18,232 nt of DNA, taken from a bacterium. Its GTDB lineage: Bacteria; Hydrothermota; Tepidihabitantia; Tepidihabitantales; Tepidihabitantaceae. Shown here one piece after another: positions 14,556-18,232 of the stretch. Location: NCBI GenBank assembly GCA_046485285.1, contig JAWOHE010000054.1:1-18232 (forward strand). Reading direction: 5' to 3'. Below the pieces are notes generated by a model, which saw only the letters and a list, made by a program, of their open reading frames with translations, ran no database searches and was not told where the DNA came from. Made by a program: the position numbers and the translations under genes. Positions within the stretch are counted from its first letter, which is position 1. Each line of letters begins with the position of its first letter.

Positions 14556-14914
14556 ACGACGAGCGGCTGCGGGTTCTCAAGATGCTCGAGGAGAAGAAGG
14601 TGACCGCCGAGGAGGCGGCCCGGCTGCTTGACGCCATCGGCCAGGCCGAGGGCGAGGGCGGGCACAAGAATCGGTTCCTCAAGGTCCGGGTCTGGGAGCA
14701 GGGCAGCGAGAAGCCGAAGGTCAACGTCACGCTGCCGATATCGCTGGTCAAGTGGGGGATGCGGATGGCCCCGGAGCAGGCGCGGGCGAAGATCGCCGAC
14801 GCCGACATCGACCTGAAGGCGGTCTCGGAGGCACTCGAGAGGGGCGTCACCGGCAAGATTGTTGAGGTCGACGAAGACGAAAAGGGCCAGCACGTCGAGG
14901 TCTGGCTCGAGTAA
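14552..14914 (+). CDS. SHOCT-like domain protein typical of DUF2089 operons
   Basis: DERLRVLKMLEEKKVTAEEAARLLDAI, FLKVRV......KVNVTLPISL and GKIVEVDEDEKGQHVEVWLE. Confidence 0.85.
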   Translation: MNDERLRVLKMLEEKKVTAEEAARLLDAIGQAEGEGGHKNRFLKVRVWEQGSEKPKVNVTLPISLVKWGMRMAPEQARAKIADADIDLKAVSEALERGVTGKIVEVDEDEKGQHVEVWLE

Positions 14915-14936
14915 CCGGTCCGGGCCGGGGCGTCTG

Positions 14937-14962
14937 CGCGGGCGCGGCGGGCCGCGCCCGCG
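14937..14962 (+). terminator. GC-rich inverted repeat after the DUF2089 operon (possible terminator)
   Basis: CGCGGGCGCGGC-GG-GCCGCGCCCGCG, 12-bp perfect arms; no U-tract. Confidence 0.5.
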
Positions 14963-14965
14963 GCC

Positions 14966-14993
14966 TTGACCGGTGCGGAGGCGGTCCTAGAAT
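14966..14993 (+). promoter_or_regulatory. Sigma70-type promoter (TTGACC-N16-TAGAAT), probably leaderless
   Basis: In-frame GTG at 15002 lies 8 nt after the -10, with no SD. Confidence 0.65.
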
Positions 14994-15001
14994 CGGGCCG
15001 A

Positions 15002-16120
15002 GTGGCGCCGAATCCTGTCCGGGTCGTCCGGGGCCTCGGCCGACTGCGCTTCGGGCGCGGGCCGGGGATGCTGCCGCGCGGCCGCCAGTTCGTCGAGATG
15101 CTCGCCGGCGCGGTCCAGGGCGGGTTCACCCCGCTCGAGTACCAGCTCTACGGCTTCGGCCGGCGCGACCGCGACCGGTCGGGCTACGTTCCTCTGCGCT
15201 GGATCGAGCGTGAGTTCCGCGCCCGGCTCAACCCGCCGGAGGCGGCGCGGGTGCTCAAGGACAAGCTCGAGTTCTTCCGGTCCTGCCGGGCGCGCGGACT
15301 GCCGGCGGCGCGGGTGCTCGCGCTGGTCGGGTCGGGAATGGCACCCGGGGGCGTCGCGGCGCTCGGTGACGCCGCCGCGCTGGTGGAGTTCCTCGCCGGG
15401 CTGGCGCCGGGCCGGTTCGTCGCCAAGCCGGCCGGCTCGGTCGGCGGCAAGGGCGTGATGCTGTTCGACCGCCGGCCGGACGGCTCGTTCGCGGACGCGA
15501 CCGGCGAACTCACCCCGGCCGCGCTCTGGGCCCGGATGGCCGGGGACATCGAGCGGCAGGCGCGTGAAGACGCGCGTACCGGCTACCTCCTGCAGGAGTT
15601 CGTACGGCCCGACCCGGCGATGAACCCGGGCGGCGGCACCGCGCTCAACACCGTCCGCATCGCGACCCTGCTCGACCCCGGCGGCGAGGCCCGGCTCGAC
15701 TTCGCGATGCTCCGGCTGGCGCGCCCCGGCGCGCCGAGCGACAACCTGCACCAGGGCGGGACCGTGGCCGGCATCGACCTCGAGACCGGTGCGATCCGCG
15801 CGCCGGCGTGGGGCTACGAGACGCCCGATGGGCCGTGGCTCGCGCCCCGGTCGGCTGACCCGGCCGCGCTCTTCCGGGCCGGGCGGCTGCCGCGCTGGGA
15901 CGAGCTCGCGGCGCTGGCCCGGGCGTGCGCGCTGGCTCTGCCCGGCGCGCGGTCGGTGGGCTGGGACATCGTGCTCGCGGACACCGGGCCGGTGGTCATC
16001 GAGGGCAATGACAACTGGGACATGGTCATCGCGCAGGTGCTGGACGGTCCCTACCTGACCCCGATGCGACGGGAACTGCTCACCGAGCTCGGCCTGCGCC
16101 TGCCTGCCCGCGTCGCTTGA
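15002..16120 (+). CDS. Sugar-transfer-associated ATP-grasp family protein
   Basis: LKDKLEF, FVAKPAGSVGGKGV, YLLQEFV, LNTVRIATL, DNLHQGG..AGIDLETG, LPRWDE and SVGWDIVLADTGPVVIEGN. Confidence 0.88.
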   Translation: MAPNPVRVVRGLGRLRFGRGPGMLPRGRQFVEMLAGAVQGGFTPLEYQLYGFGRRDRDRSGYVPLRWIEREFRARLNPPEAARVLKDKLEFFRSCRARGLPAARVLALVGSGMAPGGVAALGDAAALVEFLAGLAPGRFVAKPAGSVGGKGVMLFDRRPDGSFADATGELTPAALWARMAGDIERQAREDARTGYLLQEFVRPDPAMNPGGGTALNTVRIATLLDPGGEARLDFAMLRLARPGAPSDNLHQGGTVAGIDLETGAIRAPAWGYETPDGPWLAPRSADPAALFRAGRLPRWDELAALARACALALPGARSVGWDIVLADTGPVVIEGNDNWDMVIAQVLDGPYLTPMRRELLTELGLRLPARVA

Positions 16121-16178
16121 CCCTGACTGCCCGATTCACCTCGGGGGCAGCCGCCCTTCTTCTCCGAGGGCGGGGTAG

Positions 16179-16304
16179 AGGCTCGGCCGGGCGGTGGCAA
16201 GGCTTGAGAAGGGTGAGAACGACGTCCGGCGGCTCGCGCCCGGGGTGTACTTCGTCCGCCGGCAGGACACCGACGAGTCGGCAAGGCTGGTGCTGGTCGA
16301 GTAG
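16179..16304 (+). pseudogene. Orphan remnant of a C-terminal secretion/sorting domain
   Basis: GRAVARLEKGENDVRRLAPGVYFVRRQDTDESARLVLVE* matches the short T9SS-type-A-like tail (GR.V..L..G.NDV..L.PGVYFV...K/R.V.V). It is bounded upstream by an in-frame TAG at 16176 with no parent gene. Confidence 0.65.
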
Positions 16305-16373
16305 GGCGGTCCCCTTCCCGGGTCGGCCGACGGTGTGGAGAGTCACTGGCGGCAGCCGGCCGTCAATTCGCCC

Positions 16374-16401
16374 TTGACAGAGGGGGGCAGGGGACTATGC
16401 T
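16374..16401 (+). promoter_or_regulatory. Sigma70-type promoter (TTGACA-N16-TATGCT)
   Basis: Perfect -35 and a TAnnnT -10, about 110 nt upstream of AGGAGG-N6-ATG. Confidence 0.7.
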
Positions 16402-16518
16402 TCTCCCGAAGCAGGTTGGAGAAACGGGTATGCGACCTGCCGGACCGAGTTCAGCAAACGGCACGATGGGGTTCACCGTGCCTGCATGGCTGAGAGAAGC
16501 CATGCCAGGAGGAATCAG

Positions 16519-18232
16519 ATGCAACGTCCGTGCAGAACGAGAATCCTACCCCCCCCCCCCCGAGACCGCGTACCGGTCACTTCCTAACCAAAGGCATAGC
16601 AGCTGCGGGCTGCGCCGCAGCGCTACTCCTGGTCTGCAGCACCACCCTTCAAGCCACAGAGTACCCTGACATCGTCTGGGGGACTTATCGCCCCGTGTGG
16701 GTCAGTGACACGGCCGCGAACCTGACCCCGAATCCTGGAGGCAGACCGACGTCGGTATCCAAGTATGCCCGGCAGACGAATCGCCCCTGGACGAGCTTCG
16801 TCTTCACGGACGAAGTCGGGCGCGTCTGGTACCGGGCCGATTCCAGTGGACCGTCAGTCTCACCCACAAGAAGCCCTTGGCCCGGCAGGGCTGGCGGGAG
16901 CCGCGCAGTCTCAGCGTTCACTGGCTGCGGCATTGCAGGGTCGGACCATAACGACCGCGTGCACTGCGCTTGGTATCATGCCGCGGGCAATCGGGTCATC
17001 TATGCGGATACGCTCGTGAGAGCCAGTTGGACGGCGACTTCCCGTTGGCGCGTTGACTCCTTCCCGAACGTGGACTGCGCGGACATCGCAATGGACGCGT
17101 GGCGTACTGCGCAAGCCAATGAGCGCTACGTGTTCCTGGCCTTCAGAGCACAGCCTCCGGGCCAACAGAAGGGCGTCTATGTGATGCGGTCCACTGATGG
17201 TGGCAGTTCTTGGGCTGGTCCCATCCGCGTCGCGATAGCCGACAACGCAGACCGGATCGGCATCTGCACACCGATTTCGGGCGCCTGCTCTGACCAGGCT
17301 ACCCCGCTCGTCTACGTGACATTCCACACCTACACCGGAGGCACGGACCGCGTACACTTCTACGGCTCTCAGGACTACGGGGCCACTTGGCCAGACAGCA
17401 ACTACCGGTACTGGGCGAATGCCACGGAGCCCTGCCTTGCCGCGGACCAGGATGAGCTTGTTGTCAGCTGGGTCTTGGCGGGACGGGTCTACGCGGCTTG
17501 GAACACACACGCTGGACGCCCCAGCAAATGGTCTCAGGCTTTTGCCGTCAACTACGAGCAGTCCTACGGCGTGTACTCGCGACCGTCTGTAGCGCTTACT
17601 CAGGTGACCGGCAAACCCCGCAAGCGGGTTGACTTCACCGCGGTGTTGCGCCGTCCAGACGGCCGGCACCTTGTGTCGACAACGTACTTCTACACAAGAA
17701 CAAGTAGCAACAATCCGCCCATCATCTTCCCCTCGGCCGAGCGCTGGCTGAGTTACGGAATCGCCCAGGCTGGCGCCAACGCCAATCCGTCCATCCTACG
17801 TTACATGGAAACCGAGACGGACAGCTTCCGTCTGTCCTGCGCTTGGACTGACGTCAGTGCAAACGCCTACTGGAGCACCGCCAGACGGAGGACCGCTCGG
17901 TCGTCGCCACCGCCGTACACCTTCGACGGCTCGGGCCGCCGGCTGGTGCCGGGACCCAACGCCGACATGGTCTACTCGGCGCGCTCAGGCGCCAGCGTCC
18001 TCTACGGCCCGGCCCTGCGCCAGGGTGAGCTGTGGCCCTTCACGGCCGGGGCCGGCGACCTGTCCGCGGTCGCGGCCGACCCGGACGGCAACGCGTGGGT
18101 CGCGTTCAGATGCGACGACACCATCTGGTGTCTGACCGGCGAGCAGTCGGTGGAACCGGTCTGGGCCGGAGACGGCAGCCGGGTTCCCGGCCAGCCGTCA
18201 ATCGCGATCTACCCGTTGCAGGACAACGGCGA
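16519..18232 (+). CDS. Large secreted Asp-box (BNR)/beta-propeller-like protein, partial, out of frame with its SD-linked start at the C13 tract
   Basis: AGGAGG-N6-ATG 16519, whose frame stops at TAA 16585. The frame starting at 16560 is open to the window end: signal peptide GIAAAGCAAALLLVCSTTLQA and Asp boxes STDGGSSW (17190-17213) and SQDYGATW (17367-17390). It is absent from the ORF track because it has no stop in the window. Confidence 0.78.
16549..16561 (+). repeat. C13 homopolymer tract at the 5' end of a CDS
   Basis: 13 consecutive C residues, 10 codons after ATG 16519. Confidence 0.95.

Noticed and set aside
16339-16366. Minus-strand TTGACG-N16-GACTCT as a divergent promoter
   Set aside because: The -10 lacks the first T and no credible minus-strand gene follows.

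Overview
High-GC bacterial chromosomal window. The C-terminal sorting-domain style and gene content suggest an uncultured anaerobe such as candidate division WOR-3; this is inference only. From left to right it holds: the 5' end of a minus-strand hypothetical gene; a degenerate 12-bp tandem repeat; a NYN (YacP-like) RNase coupled to an L,D-transpeptidase; a four-subunit pyruvate/2-oxoacid:ferredoxin oxidoreductase operon (gamma-delta-alpha-beta); a probably inactivated PD-(D/E)XK-like protein; a GNAT divergent from queH; a large secreted protein; a frameshifted HD-hydrolase remnant; a UPF0158 gene; an FG-GAP-repeat protein; an AT-rich control region heading a DUF2089/DUF4097/LiaF-TM/SHOCT-like envelope-stress operon; an ATP-grasp gene; an orphan sorting-domain remnant; and a secreted Asp-box protein with a C13 tract that puts it out of frame with its best start. 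The headline finding is that the two track ORFs 9670..10269 and 8260..9342 are one in-frame 656-codon gene (10230..8260, minus strand). It is interrupted by a single UGA inside a CBM-like domain, and a hairpin matching the bacterial SECIS consensus follows immediately. This makes it a candidate secreted selenoprotein of a type outside the known redox families. Also notable: ten sigma70-like promoters share a 16-bp spacer, and several drive apparently leaderless genes.
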